Positions 48,263 to 61,430 are shown, counted from the first letter of the whole stretch. The stretch: 63,202 bases of DNA, filler included, from Octopus bimaculoides (GCF_001194135.2; 5 parts of 5 records of this genome joined end to end with filler, not necessarily neighbours in it), one strand, 5' to 3'. Translations and numbers: made by a program. The notes: generated by a model not told the origin, from the sequence alone.

Positions 48263-48973
48263 TCTTTCTCCCTCTACCACTCTCTCTCTTCCCTTTACAC
48301 CGGCATGGTCACATGCTTCCGGTCAATAATCCTTTCCTTCCTTGGCTTTCGCCAAGTAACGCACGCCACCACTTTGTCTCTCTCGGTTCCGTGCCTCATC
48401 GCGTTCATACACACATAATTTTTCTCGTCTGGCCGTAAAGCCTTTTCTGTTTGTTTTCCTGTCTTGTTTTTTGTCCGCCACTACATTCCTCCATGGCTAG
48501 ATTTAATTTGCGTATACAGATTTAATCTGCGATCCATGGGACGANNNNNNNNNNNNNNNNNNNNNNNNNNNNNNNNNNNNNNNNNNNNNNNNNNNNNNNN
48601 NNNNNNNNNNNNNNNNNNNNNNNNNNNNNNNNNNNNNNNNNNNNNNNNNNNNNNNNNNNNNNNNNNNNNNNNNNNNNNNNNNNNNNNNNNNNNNNNNNNN
48701 NNNNNNNNNNNNNNNNNNNNNNNNNNNNNNNNNNNNNNNNNNNNNNNNNNNNNNNNNNNNNNNNNNNNNNNNNNNNNNNNNNNNNNNNNNNNNNNNNNNN
48801 NNNNNNNNNNNNNNNNNNNNNNNNNNNNNNNNNNNNNNNNNNNNNNNNNNNNNNNNNNNNNNNNNNNNNNNNNNNNNNNNNNNNNNNNNNNNNNNNNNNN
48901 NNNNNNNNNNNNNNNNNNNNNNNNNNNNNNNNNNNNNNNNNNNNNNNNNNNNNNNNNNNNNNNNNNNNNNNNN

Positions 48974-49009
<36 letters not shown>

Positions 49010-49014
49010 CATAC

Positions 49015-49061
<47 letters not shown>

Positions 49062-49217
49062 GCGTGGCTGCATAGTAAGAAGATTGCTTCCCAACTGCAT
49101 AGTTCTGGGTTCAGTCCCACTGCATGGCACCTTCAACAAGTGTCTTTTATTATAGCCTCAGGTCAATCAAACGCTTGTGAGTGGATTTAGTAGACAGAAA
49201 CTGAAAGAAGCCCGTCG

Positions 49218-49282
<65 letters not shown>

Positions 49283-49490
49283 GTGTGTGTTTCTGTCTGC
49301 GTTTGTCCTCCACCATGGTGCTGGTGTATTTACGTTCCCTTAACTTAGCGATCGTGCAAAAGAGAGCGATAAAGTAAGTACTAGGCATACGAAAACGTCT
49401 TGGAGTTGATTTGTTCGACTAAAAGCCCTCAAGGCAGTGACCTAGCATGGCCGCAGTCAAATGACAGAGACAAGTAAAATAGAAAAAAGA
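49062..49490 (+). mobile_element. Composite SINE: family A head + (CTAT)n + family C tail
   Basis: A part 49062-49218, (CTAT)n 49219-49282, tail ending AGCATGGCCGCAGTCAAATGACAGAGACAAGTAAAA. Confidence 0.85.
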
Positions 49491-49641
49491 TGTCTGTACG
49501 TGTAGGTGTATCTGTGTGCGTGTGTGTGTAAAGCCGTGCTTGTGATTATATATATATATATNNNNNNNNNNNNNNNNNNNNNNNNNNNATATATATACAT
49601 ACATAAATACATACATACATACATACATACATGCACACACA

Positions 49642-50035
49642 CATATAGTTGAAATTTATAGAAAAACAAAAGGTGAAGGCAGGTATGTGAACAACAAGCA
49701 AGTATATTAGTTTGACTCTCTGGAAAATCAAAAAGTGTGTTACGTTTCGAGCCTACACTCTTCAGCAAAGAAAATAAGTAGAGAGAGAATGAAAAAGAGT
49801 AGAAATTTCAGCGGTCCAGCATATATACATATAGTTTAAATTTACAGAAAACAAAAGACGAAGACAGGTGTAGGAACAACAAGCAAGTGTATTAGTTTAA
49901 CGATCGAGGAGAATGGAAAAGTTTTTTACGTTTCGAGCCTATGCTCTTCAACAGAAAGGGACAAGAAGAAAAAAAATGGAGAGAGAATAAAATAATACAG
50001 AGAGAAAAAACGTGCAGAGTTCAATGGTCCAGCAT
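49642..50035 (-). repeat. Tandem dimer of ~190-bp units, each with a hammerhead-like motif (retrozyme/Penelope-like)
   Basis: Units 49642-49822 and 49829-50035 are collinear. Minus-strand motifs: CTTT-CTGTTGA-A-GAGC ATAG GCTC-GAAA-CGTA-AAA (49958-49924) and a more degraded copy (49770-49738). Confidence 0.7.
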
Positions 50036-50059
50036 GATAGATCTATCTATATATATATG

Positions 50060-50225
50060 CTGATGGGCTTCTGCATAGTTTTCGGCTATTAAATTCACTC
50101 ACAAAGTAGTCAGTCGGCTTGGGGGCTATAGTAGAAGACACTGGTGCAAGATGCTGCACAATGGGACTGAACTCGGAACCAGGTCGTTGCAAAGCAAACT
50201 TCTTAACCACACAGCTACGCCTACA
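50060..50225 (-). mobile_element. SINE family A
   Basis: Reverse complement is collinear with family A. Confidence 0.7.
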
Positions 50226-50539
50226 CCTACAGCATATTACACTTAGAAGGTTTTGGTTGGTTCAAAGATATTGTAGAAGATGCTATCTCAGCGAATCGCG
50301 CAGTAAGATGGAACATGACACCACGTGTTTTAAAGCAAACTTCTTAATATTAACTCCGCTTGCATCTTTAATGACTGGTGGACGACCAGGGAGAAAAGCA
50401 TAGCGCAACAATAATAAGCTACAGCAATGACAGCGTCTTTCACCGCATACCCGAAACGGCTGGTAGGTTCATTGTGAAACAAATAGAGTGCCCAGAGCGA
50501 TTTCTGGCGGCTTGCTTACGAAAAACGTGGAATGATGAT

Positions 50540-50650
50540 GAAAATAGGTCAATGTTATGAAGTCAATAATCCAATGATATCTTGATCGTTGTCAAGCTTT
50601 TGTTAATCTAGTCTAAGTTATTAATTTTTTACCAGACAACGCTCCAGCAT
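50540..50650 (-). mobile_element. SINE family C tail fragment
   Basis: Reverse complement ATGCTGGAGCGTTG...AAAAGCTTGACAACGATCAAG resembles the C-tail region. Confidence 0.35.
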
Positions 50651-51180
50651 ATTAGCTAGGGTCCGTACGCATGCGTAGATACTCACATGTATCTAGACAT
50701 CCGTAAGTACATAACAGTATACTCTCAGATAGCATACTTGAACACATAAAAACGCATGCATCCGAGCTAAATAAAACAGACCACACACACACACACAGAG
50801 GCGCGCGCACACTCACACACACCAACACACTCGCACACAATAAAATACATGCACAGACACTCACACACAATGAAATGCACACACGCACATACACACACGC
50901 ACACACTCACATAAAGCAGCATATCTAAAAACACACATGCATTCAGACAGACAGACACACACACACACACACACACACACATGCACACTTTCACAGTCAC
51001 ATACACACATACATACGTGCACAGATTCAAACACACATATACACACTCACACTCACACGCTATCACATACGAACGTACATGACCTCAAATCGAAACTGCG
51101 TACTTAAGTAGTGCTATGCAATAACCAATTAATTATTTATATACCAACACACAACAGTAACTTAAGAGTGAAGTGTATTG

Positions 51181-51225
<45 letters not shown>

Positions 51226-51493
51226 TTTATACAGGTACTAGTGACCAACTTGCTAAATACCAATATTTATGTACGCCGACTTACAAAGGTTCTTTATAAA
51301 GTCAATACTCCTCCATTGTTAGTTAAATGTTTCACAAAGTACCAAAATAAGAATCGTAGCCATGCTTTTGCTTTGAAAATGAATGAATGAATAAATATAT
51401 AAATAAATGAAAAAAAACAAAGACATAACCTCCTTGGCAGGGCAAAAAAAAAACACAGCCATATGATTTTAAGAAAAAAAAACCCTTTAAAAA

Positions 51494-51800
51494 GTGGAAT
51501 CATCTGAAGCAGTTCACAACCACCAACATCATCATCAGCATTGTCATTGCTTCCACTTCAACCACCATCAATGTTATCATGACGTTTACCTTGACAGTCA
51601 CTTTCACCACCACAACCAGTATAACCACTGCAATACCACCATCACACAACTAACACTATCATCCACACCACTATTACCACCATCACCTCAGCATCACACA
51701 TCACACCGATCCTGTCGCCATTATAACCACCGATACTATTTTATCCTTCTCCCATACTTATCTCAGCCATCGTCATCATCAAAACAGCAACGCCACCATA
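51494..51800. repeat. Degenerate (CAC/CAT)n low-complexity tract
   Basis: Direct reading. Confidence 0.8.
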
Positions 51801-52851
51801 GGTTACGTGGAAACGATGTGTTTTCAAGGGAGACAATCAAAGAACGTAACATTGTAATACTTCGTGTAAAGTAAATATAACAAATGAAAAATCCTTCAAG
51901 AATCCATAAAAATTCCCGGATCACTACCAAAATTTCATCATCTGTTCCTTGTGTTTGACAGACTTCCTACACAATGTACTGACAGCTGGTTTTTTTTTCT
52001 TTTCTACACGAGCGTATGTGTGAATGCATTTTAGTACATGTATGTGGGTGTAAGCATGTGTACGTTATACGTATACCTTGACACTACGAACAAAGAAGAA
52101 CTCAATACGTAGGCAGAGTACATATTTAATTTGTTGATTCCTATTTCCAACTGATAACGTTCTGTTATTCAGATTCTCATGTTCGTTGTAGCTTAGCATT
52201 CTTCAGACGGGTGTGGCTGATGGTACAAATACTCCTTGTTGTCGGTTCCGTCAACACGGTATTGCTTCATTTAGGTTCGTTTTGCTCAAGGAATGTTAAA
52301 GATGTAGCGTTTGACAATGTCCACACCAATAAATTAGGAGTTTTAATAAGGTTTACGTACTATCATGGATTAAATTTAATTCTCATTTGCGTTAAATGAG
52401 GCGAGCGGTGGCGACGAGCGATGATTGGCATCGCTAACGCAAGCACACACACACACATACAGAAGTCATTTTGCTAATAAAAATCCCTGATTGTATCTTA
52501 ATTCCTTATTAATCAATATAAAGAACATTCGCGAAAAATAAGCAACCTGCATAATACATACATAATACATACATATATACATACATATATATATATCTAC
52601 ACACACACACACACGCACAAATATATATATGTATGTGTATGTATGTATGTTTGTGTGTATATATGTATGTATATAGATATGTATACATTTATCCTTTTAC
52701 GCTTGTACATACTTTCGTCATTGGAGTGTAGCTATGTATATACATATGCATACAAATATGCATATATATGCATGCATATATATTTGTGTACATATTTTCG
52801 TATGCACATACATGCATTCATATACACACACACACTCATATCTGCGCACAC

Positions 52852-52887
<36 letters not shown>

Positions 52888-52959
52888 CTACCTATCTGTG
52901 CATATTCATATATGCACGTTATATTTAAGTAGTATACCGCTACAACATAATAGTGTCGA

Positions 52960-53171
52960 CCACAGCATGCAGGTGGAGGAGGATCCACGTTATAACAAAA
53001 CCCTCTGGAGATTTCTGTGTAGAGTGCTAACACTCACACGATTCTTTCTGAATGGGACGTCACTCTGTGAAATGAAGTATTTCACTTAAGAATATGACAG
53101 ACCGCCTTGCTCTGGAATCGAAACCACGATCTTGCGGTCCTGAGTAAAACACCTTTACCACTAGGCCACGC
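52960..53171 (-). mobile_element. tRNA-derived SINE family E
   Basis: Reverse complement GCGTGGCCTAGTGGTAAAGG...GGTTTCGATTCC. Confidence 0.7.
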
Positions 53172-53581
53172 ACAGTCGTTGCACCACAAGCTTAAATACA
53201 ATTAGGAAATCCGAGTAAATTGACGGAGATGTAATTGATGAAGATTATTGGTCTTCCTAAGTGTTGGCACCCTTCATGACGTCAGAGACTGGATCGTCAA
53301 TTTTCGTTCTCCGCTATATTTTGGATTTTTGTTTTCAATATCATTGATGATGTTAACAGGTTTGTACAAGTAATAATATAAATCTGTATTGATCAGATAC
53401 AGTTGCTTCAATGAGCCATGATGTTAATCCCGAAGCTATGTCTTTACGCATTTCTCTCTTTTTCCCCTCACACCACTCTCAACCCACTCACCTCACTTTC
53501 TGTCTCTTTCCTTCAATCTATCTGATTATCTATCAGGATCAGTCTGTCTGTCTGTCTCCTCACCTCTCTCTCTCTCTCTCC

Positions 53582-53620
<39 letters not shown>

Positions 53621-53720
53621 NNNNNNNNNNNNNNNNNNNNNNNNNNNNNNNNNNNNNNNNNNNNTTAATTAATTAANNNNNNNNNNNNNNNNNNNNNNNN
53701 NNNNNNNNNNNNNNNNNNNN
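53621..53720. other. Artificial scaffold linker
   Basis: 44 N + TTAATTAATTAA (53665-53676) + 44 N. Confidence 0.95.
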
Positions 53721-54707
53721 GTATCCACAATCACGAATTGTTGCCATGGCAACCACTGAGGTGTGGGTTGGAGCATTGTCTTGATGAAAAAGGACTCCTC
53801 TGGTGAGCATTCCCGGCCTTTTTTCTTTGATTGCTTCTCGGAGGCGTTTCAGTAGCTGAGAATAATACAGCCCTGTCACAGTGTGACCCTTTTCAAGGTA
53901 ATCGATCTGCAAGACACCTTGAGAATCCAAAAAAAACGGACGCCATGATCTTGCCAGCTGAAGGAATGACCCTGGCCTTCTTTGGGGTAGGAGAAGATGT
54001 GTGCTTCCACTACTTTGATTGTTCTTTGATTTCAGGCTGGTAGTGATGGACTCAACTTTCGTCCCTAGTAATGAAACGAGCAAGAAAATTCTCTTCATCA
54101 GCTTCAAACAGTTCCAGATTTCTCGTGGACAAAGTGCACCTGTTGCGTTTCTGTTCAGGAATCAAAAGGTGAGTAACCCACCTTGCAGAAACCTTTGAGA
54201 ACCCAAGTTCTTTTGTCACAATGTTGTCTGATCTTCCAGTTGAGATGCCCAATCTCTCGGCTATCTGACGACATGATATTCGGCGATCTTGCATTATCAT
54301 AGCAAGAGCAAGGTCAAAGTTGTCCTTGGTGGTTGCAGTTGGAGGTCTTCCTGGTCTTGGATCATCTTCACACTCTCCCTGCCACGCTTGAATTCATTTA
54401 CCCAGCGTTTGACTGTTGCATATGAAGGAGAATTGTCTATTAAGGGTCTCACCATATCTTCATGGATTTATGATGGAGTCATGCCTTTCAAATGAAGGTA
54501 CTTTATGACAGCACGATACTCAGTTTTCTCCATTTTCCTTGTAAATTCGAAGTTTGTTTATTCAAAAATCTGCAACAAAAAAATATCAGAATCATGAAAA
54601 TGAGCAAGAATACTCCGAAAAGACTGTACTTACCAGAAAAAAATTGTTTCAACTATATTGCAGCCCCGATTCTAGGTTAGGCTCAAACTTTTCAGACATC
54701 CCTCGTA
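53721..54707 (-). mobile_element. mariner transposon, well preserved, truncated by the scaffold end
   Basis: TA (54706-54707) + TIR CGAGGGATGTCTGAAAAGTTTGAGCCT. The transposase from the ATG at 54533 reads MEKTEYRAVIKYLHLKG...VEDDPRPGRP...KVSARWVTHLL...FITRDES...VLFHQDNAPTHTS, with two nonsense codons and one frameshift near 54050. Confidence 0.95.
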
Positions 54708-55080
54708 ACATTCATTTTTAACAGAAAAGTGAGTTGCTTCTTTTTATTTGATACACCCCAATCGTAAATAGCTGTTACTGATAAGAGTGATGTTAGAACA
54801 GAAATTCATCTAGCTGCAGTGAAATTTACCATGAACAATTTTACTCCGAAAAGCTACAATTTATTTTGCAGTAACATGCACGTTAGAAAGAATTCTATTT
54901 CACATATTTCACCGGCATTAAATATCACTTTCAGTGCGATCGATTACATAGCAGTGGAAATTAGTTTTTTAAAATCTAAAATATAATAAGAATGTTGTAG
55001 AGGTTGCCTACTCCCTGGAATATCCACGAGTCCAGCTAGTAGTAGTAGTAGTAGTAGTAGGAGGAGGAGTATCAGTAGTA

Positions 55081-55232
55081 ATGGTTTCAAATTTTGGCAC
55101 AAGGCCAACAATTTCGGGTGAGTGGGTAAGTTGATAACAGAGGCTCAAGTGCTCAACTAGTACTTATTTTATCGATCCTAAAAATGATTAAAAGCACAGT
55201 CAAATTCGGCCGCTTTTGAACTTAAAACGAAA
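55081..55232 (-). mobile_element. SINE family B, 3' part
   Basis: TTTTGGCACAAGGCCAACAATTTC...ACTAGTACTTATTTTATCGATCC. Confidence 0.75.
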
Positions 55233-56049
55233 ATGATCCCTGGCTTACCATCCATGCAAAATTTGAAAAAGATTGTTTTACTTGTACCTCACATCTATTG
55301 AGAAGAGCGTTGTCACTGTGAGAACGATTACAATACACGAAAAATTGTTTAACTTCCATTTCTCCTTTTTCACTTTTTCTTCACTTTTTTCACAAACTTT
55401 GTAAACGAACAGTCGGGTGTGTTTATTTTAATACCCTATCAATGTATACAGTGAGTTTCTCTGCTCTAGGGCACTGGGCAAGAAATTAGAACAAAATTTC
55501 CTGAACTAATCACAATAATAGTAATAATAATAATAATAATAATAACAATAATAATCATAATAATATTCATAAACAAGAAGAACAACAGCAAAAACAACAA
55601 TGCAATAGGTTGACTTTGTATTAGTTTGCCATAGAGGTAGAATAAATGATTATTATTATGATTGTTAAAAATAATTAATAAAATAATATATAGAGTTCAT
55701 TATTATTGTTCTTGTTATTATTTTATTAGGTTTTCTTTGATTAATGTGGTGAAAGAGTTTGCATGATGGACTCATCTGAAAAGTTTGAGGAGACATTTTC
55801 TTCTCTGTTTGGCTCTCACCAATTTCTTCAAGTACGACTTGAAAAGTCACGTGGGGGTAGAGAGTGGGGGTGTTGTTTTAAAATATGTTTAACAACAGTT
55901 GAGTGAGAGTGGCGACTGGTTAAGTTGAATATCCTCCACCGAATACTTAGAAACTGAGAGGACACTTCCGTTAAATTGGAAATAACAACAAAAGATAAGG
56001 AATTTGAAAAATAAATAAATACGCCTTATTGATTCTTGTGTCAAATTTC

Positions 56050-57020
56050 ATTTGACATAATTTAATACAAGGACACCTCCCGGAAAAGACTGCAGACCAT
56101 ACACGGAAGACACGCACTTAACCCCTTTTTTCACAACTATGAGGTTTACTTATTTTGTGGTCCGATGGATTTCGGCGGTAGTGTAGCAGTGCTTTTGGAA
56201 ATAATTAGATTTAGCGATATGAACAATTTTCCTGGATGGAGGAGGTAAGTCTGTAATCCTAAATAAAAAGTAAAAGCAGTACCTTTAACCTCAATTTAAA
56301 TTGGTCAGCAACACAGATCAATAATCTGTGATCTACACGAATTAGATACAACTCATAGATAGGGATCCAAATATTAGAAGTTGAACGCATCTTTCCCGGT
56401 GCCATGTGACTACAGAGACTGGATCAGCAAGCTAGTTAAGCGACATTTGAAAGGGGTAATAATTAGCAACAGGTGGTCTGGAACTCTGAAGATGATTAAA
56501 TACAATTTATAACGTTTAGTAAAGAACTAGTGATGGAGGAGAATGGATTGGCGTTAATTAGCTAGAAGAGGCAATTAGAAATGGCAACGCAACAAACATG
56601 CTAGAGGCCCAAATATCTTCCGACATTTCTTTTCGACACATAACAGGAAGGCTTCGTTGTTATACGCTAAAACAAAAACACAAAAACTGTTCGAAGGGCT
56701 CTGAAGGTGGATGCACGACGTGGGAAAAGAAGCCACAATTCAGGTTTTGATGGACCAGGATGGGTGCGTGCTATTTGGTTCTTAGGATATGAATGCTGCA
56801 GTTTTGTAGCTCCACTGTTCAGAGTATGTTATAGGTCATGGACTTTACTGCCAACCTTGACGGTCTGTCACAGTTCTGGGCAGAAGATCAATAACAGCGA
56901 GCGAGATGCCAGGCGTATTAAGTGATTGCACAAGGAACAAACCACCTGGGTTGGATAGTCTACCCTATGAATTTAATGGTAAAATGCCAGATTTCTTTGG
57001 TAACCTCTTGGCAAACGTGT
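56050..57020 (+). mobile_element. L1/Tx1-clade LINE ORF2 remnant (endonuclease to pre-RT)
   Basis: KLNASF..., KGVIISNRW and DCTRNKPPGLDSLPYEF.GKMPDFFGNLLANVY (compare KSPG.DGLP.EFY). Confidence 0.75.
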
Positions 57021-57226
57021 ATCTTTTATTATACCTGTATGTATGTATGTATGTATGCATGTATGCATGTATGTATGTATACTCATATATATATACATAC
57101 ATATATATAAATATATATATATATATAATCACATACGCATGTAGACCTATAAATACATTATACAGACAGACGCGCGCGCGCACACACACACACACACATG
57201 CACACACACAGACACGCACACACATA

Positions 57227-57377
57227 GCAAGAGTGGCTGTGTGGTAAGAAGCTTGCTTCCGAGCAACATGGTTCCGGGTTAAGTCCCACTTGGGCAAGTG
57301 TCTTCTACTATAGCCTCGGATCTACAAAAGCCTTGTGAGTGGATTTGGTAGACGGAAATTGAAAGAAGCCCGTCGTA
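57227..57377 (+). mobile_element. SINE family A followed by (ATGT)/(AT)n and a gap
   Basis: Collinear with 61811-61974. Confidence 0.9.
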
Positions 57378-57383
57378 TGTATG

Positions 57384-57425
<42 letters not shown>

Positions 57426-57936
57426 NNNNNNNNNNNNNNNNNNNNNNNNNNNNNNNNNNNNNNNNNNNNNNNNNNNNNNNNNNNNNNNNNNNNNNNNNNN
57501 NNNNNNNNNNNNNNNNNNNNNNNNNNNNNNNNNNNNNNNNNNNNNNNNNNNNNNNNNNNNNNNNNNNNNNNNNNNNNNNNNNNNNNNNNNNNNNNNNNNN
57601 NNNNNNNNNNNNNNNNNNNNNNNNNNNNNNNNNNNNNNNNNNNNNNNNNNNNNNNNNNNNNNNNNNNNNNNNNNNNNNNNNNNNNNNNNNNNNNNNNNNN
57701 NNNNNNNNNNNNNNNNNNNNNNNNNNNNNNNNNNNNNNNNNNNNNNNNNNNNNNNNNNNNNNNNNNNNNNNNNNNNNNNNNNNNNNNNNNNNNNNNNNNN
57801 NNNNNNNNNNNNNNNNNNNNNNNNNNNNNNNNNNNNNNNNNNNNNNNNNNNNNNNNNNNNNNNNNNNNNNNNNNNNNNNNNNNNNNNNNNNNNNNNNNNN
57901 NNNNNNNNNNNNNNNNNNNNNNNNNNNNNNNNNNNN

Positions 57937-58100
57937 GGGGAGGTGAGAGTGGGGAGGTGAGAGTGGGGAAGCAAGGGTGGGGTATGGGTTTGGGGAGTGT
58001 GGGGGTAGGAATGGCGTATGTGGAAGTGGGGTGTAAGGGATGTGGTGGAGGTGGGATTGGATGAATAGGGATGGTGAGGTTGGAATGTGTACAGGTGGGT
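57937..58100 (+). repeat. G-rich tract with a canonical G-quadruplex motif
   Basis: GGGTGGGGTATGGGTTTGGGG at 57975-57995, plus further G runs. Confidence 0.7.
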
Positions 58101-58329
58101 TAAGAAGTGCTGTTTTTACCACCTTGCCTTGCTCATATATACATATATATATGGCCGAATGTTACAAGAAATCAAGAAGATTTCCCCATAGATGAAAAAG
58201 AATTGAAATAGGCAAAAAAAATTGTTAAAAGAAATGGAAGAAGAGTAACCCTAAACCATCCACCCGACGTGATCGAAAACATCTTATGATGCACAGTTAC
58301 ACACCGCTGCATCGGTTTAAAATCGCGTC

Positions 58330-58860
58330 AGATGGAGAGCCAAATTCAAAAATGCCTTGGGTGGTTGTGGGAACTCACATCGTCTGAGGAAAGAAATTTG
58401 GGACAATTGAAGAAAGATTTGGGACTAACGACTTTGAGGAATGAGGAATTCTTAATTCCCAGCTATCCCGGCCAGCGTCTTGCTAAATCTAGGATGCCTC
58501 CAGAAAATATCCATCACCTGGTTAGTGGCAACCGTCTTGGCAGAGGTAAAGAAAATACCTAAGCAAAACTGGTCAGTATAGGTATGGAACTGACCTTACA
58601 ATATAAACAAACCTATATCGACGATCTGCCTGACCTAATAGACCTCCTGGATGGCACTCACCGATCACTGTTAGTGGAGGGTAGACGGCAAAGATTCCAC
58701 ATATGTAGATTTGTGATTCACTTAAATGCTTTCTGTCCTAAAACTAGGAACACAAAATTCCTACTGCTGCCAACACTGCAAACACCACAAACAAAAAATC
58801 ATGAGGACGTGCTCAAGACACCTACACCCATACCCCGCCCCAGACCACGACAACAAAGGA
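58330..58860 (+). mobile_element. L1/Tx1-type ORF1 (gag-like) remnant with a degenerate zinc knuckle
   Basis: DDLPDLIDLLDGTHRSLLVEGRRQRFHICRFVIHLNAFCPK is a CX2CX4HX4C pattern with the first Cys lost, preceded by the VEGR motif seen in such ORF1s. Confidence 0.6.
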
Positions 58861-59184
58861 GTTTACACCCCGGCTGCCACGTGCATATGTGTGTGTACGT
58901 CTGTGTGTGTATGTGCGTATGTGTTGTGCGTGTGTTTATATTGTATTGTTATGAGTCAAGCCAAAATTGATTTGTTGATTCTAAAATGAGCCATTGTCAT
59001 CATTTTCAGCATATCAATTTCTAAGCTAGCATGCGCTGATCACGAAATTTGTTGAGGCAGATTTTCTATGGCCCGATGCTGCCAACTCTCCACGGCCAAT
59101 ATTGAAATCAAACGATACCGCTTGTATGAGAGTGACACATGTTTACAACTATTTATGCAATGTCAGACAAAGAGACATTCACAC

Positions 59185-59322
<138 letters not shown>

Positions 59323-59832
59323 ACATAATGTAATTGCCAAGAGCTTCTTAACCCAACAGCCATATTTTGCGCCTTTATATGTGAAATCGATTTTACTGAT
59401 ATGAGAGTTTCATTTGAACTTTGTAAAAACTCATCACCTGTTCAGAGCTAAATAATTCTTTCACTTGAAATAGTAATCTTAATCCCCAGGAAACTTTTGT
59501 GGGGATATGAAGCTTGTTAATCCTATACTTAACGCCATGCAATAGATTCCATAATATTATATTTTATTGCAGGGTTTGGATGGTTGTCACATTTGTGCTG
59601 CTATGACTAACCAATACTGTATGATCAACTACAAAACTGGGGACATCCAAGATTTGTTTCCTTATAATAACGAACACACAAAAGCTATTGTGAAGCGGAT
59701 CGGTAAGGTAAGATCTAAATTTGTGCTGTGTATTCTTCAAGTATTTGTTGCTGCTGCTGTTGTCAGTTTTGTCTTTTGTGATAATTAATAGTGATGGTGG
59801 TGGTGGTGGTGGTGGCAGTGTTGACTGTAAAA

Positions 59833-60050
59833 GCGTGTGGCCTAGTGGTTTAGTGCGTTTCTCCCCACTACTGTATCATCATCGTTTCAATTCCCAGACC
59901 AAGTGATGTGTTGTGTTCTTGAGCAAGACTCTTTACCTCACATTACTCGAGTCCACTCAGCTGTAAATGAGTTCCAGCAAGAGCTGAGAAGTTAACCCTG
60001 CAACGGATTGGCATTCCATTCAGGAGGGAAGTGTCCTAATCTCAGTCACT
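59833..60050 (+). mobile_element. tRNA-derived SINE family E with CORE-like and V-domain-like motifs
   Basis: Head TGGCCTAGTGG...GTTTCAATTCC, TTGAGCAAGACTCTTTACCTC (CORE-like), GTCCACTCAGCTGTAAATG and CCCTGCAACGGATTGGCATTCC (V-like). Confidence 0.7.
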
Positions 60051-60074
60051 TATTTACATTACATATACCATAGT

Positions 60075-61430
60075 TAGACTGACCTTTAGGGCACCACTGA
60101 TGACCTTGCGACTAGATCCCTTTACCCAGCTTTGTCTTCTGCCACTCGCGCTGCGTCTCTCATCTTTAGGCCTGTCCACTCACATGTTTTTCCCACCTCT
60201 TTCTATGTCTGCCTCTGCGTCTGCCACCCGTTCCCTGAAAGATTGTTTTGGCTATTCCTTATATGCGGGTGACATGCCCAAACCACCTGAGCTTGCGTCT
60301 CTTTACTGTGATAAGAAGTTCCTCATAGGTGCTATTGTCTGCCTTATTCTTCTTTTCACTTCCTCATTTCTGATACGATTGCTGTACGATATTCCCAAAA
60401 TCTAAAATATTTCATCTCTGTGGCCTAGATTCTTCTTTCAATTTTTGCTGTCAGTGTCCATGTCTCATAGGCGTATAGGAATATTAAGATCACTAGTAAT
60501 TTCATTAGCCTAATTTTGGAGCTTAGTAAGATATTTCTGTCTTTACACAATGTTCTGAATTTGGTCATTGCTGCTGTTGTTTTGGCAATGGGGGATGTCA
60601 CTTGGAACTTTGGTCACTCACTACCTCCCCCAAGATATTTAAGGTTTTGGACTTGTTCAAGCTCACGCTTATGTTGGTACTGATTCCGTTTAGGCAGTTT
60701 GTCATAACTTTTGTTTTCTCTGCACTTATCTCTATGCCAAATTCACTAAAATTGTCTAGGCGCTAAACTAGTTGCTTAAATTCTTGTTTTCAGCCCGCCA
60801 GTCCGAGAATATCATCTACAAAGCGCAGGTTTATTAGGTTTCTGCTGCCAGTACTAATCTTACACTTGTGGTCTTCCAGTGGTCATAATCCTCTCGATGA
60901 ATGTGTTGAACAAGGTCAGTGAGAGCAGACAGCTTTGTCTTACACCAACTGTTGTTTTGAATCACTCGCAATGTTGCCGTTCAGGTAAACCGCACGACTT
61001 GCTTTATCATGTAGAATGCCACGAATGAGATTCGCATTTGTTATATAGCCTCATAGTCCACAAGAGTGCCGCGTGCCACACCCTGTCAAATGCCTTTTTG
61101 AAGTCCACTAATACATGAAAAAGATTTTGATGGTGTTGAAAATCTGTTCTATTGCGCCGTGAACACCCCTGAATCCTGCTTGCAATGATTTCCTCCACTT
61201 GAGGTTTGAGGCTATTAAAGATGATTCTCATCATCACTTTGCTTCGGTGGCATATCAAGCTAATAATTCTGTAGTTCTGGTATTGTTGTAGAGTCCCTTT
61301 GTAGGGAGGGGGCAAAGTGATCACCAGCGATTGAGTCCAAGGTGCAACTGAATTGCAAACACTTATACACCATGGAAACAAGGTCAAGCTCCAGCCTTCT
61401 GAGTCCTTGGGTTTATGGCCGACCTAAGTC
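60075..61430 (-). mobile_element. RTE-clade LINE ORF2 remnant (RT to C-terminus)
   Basis: NYRIISLICHRSKVM, FHVLVDFKKAFDRVWH, FLYAYETWTLT and RKLRWFGHVTR on the minus strand. Many frameshifts. Confidence 0.9.
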
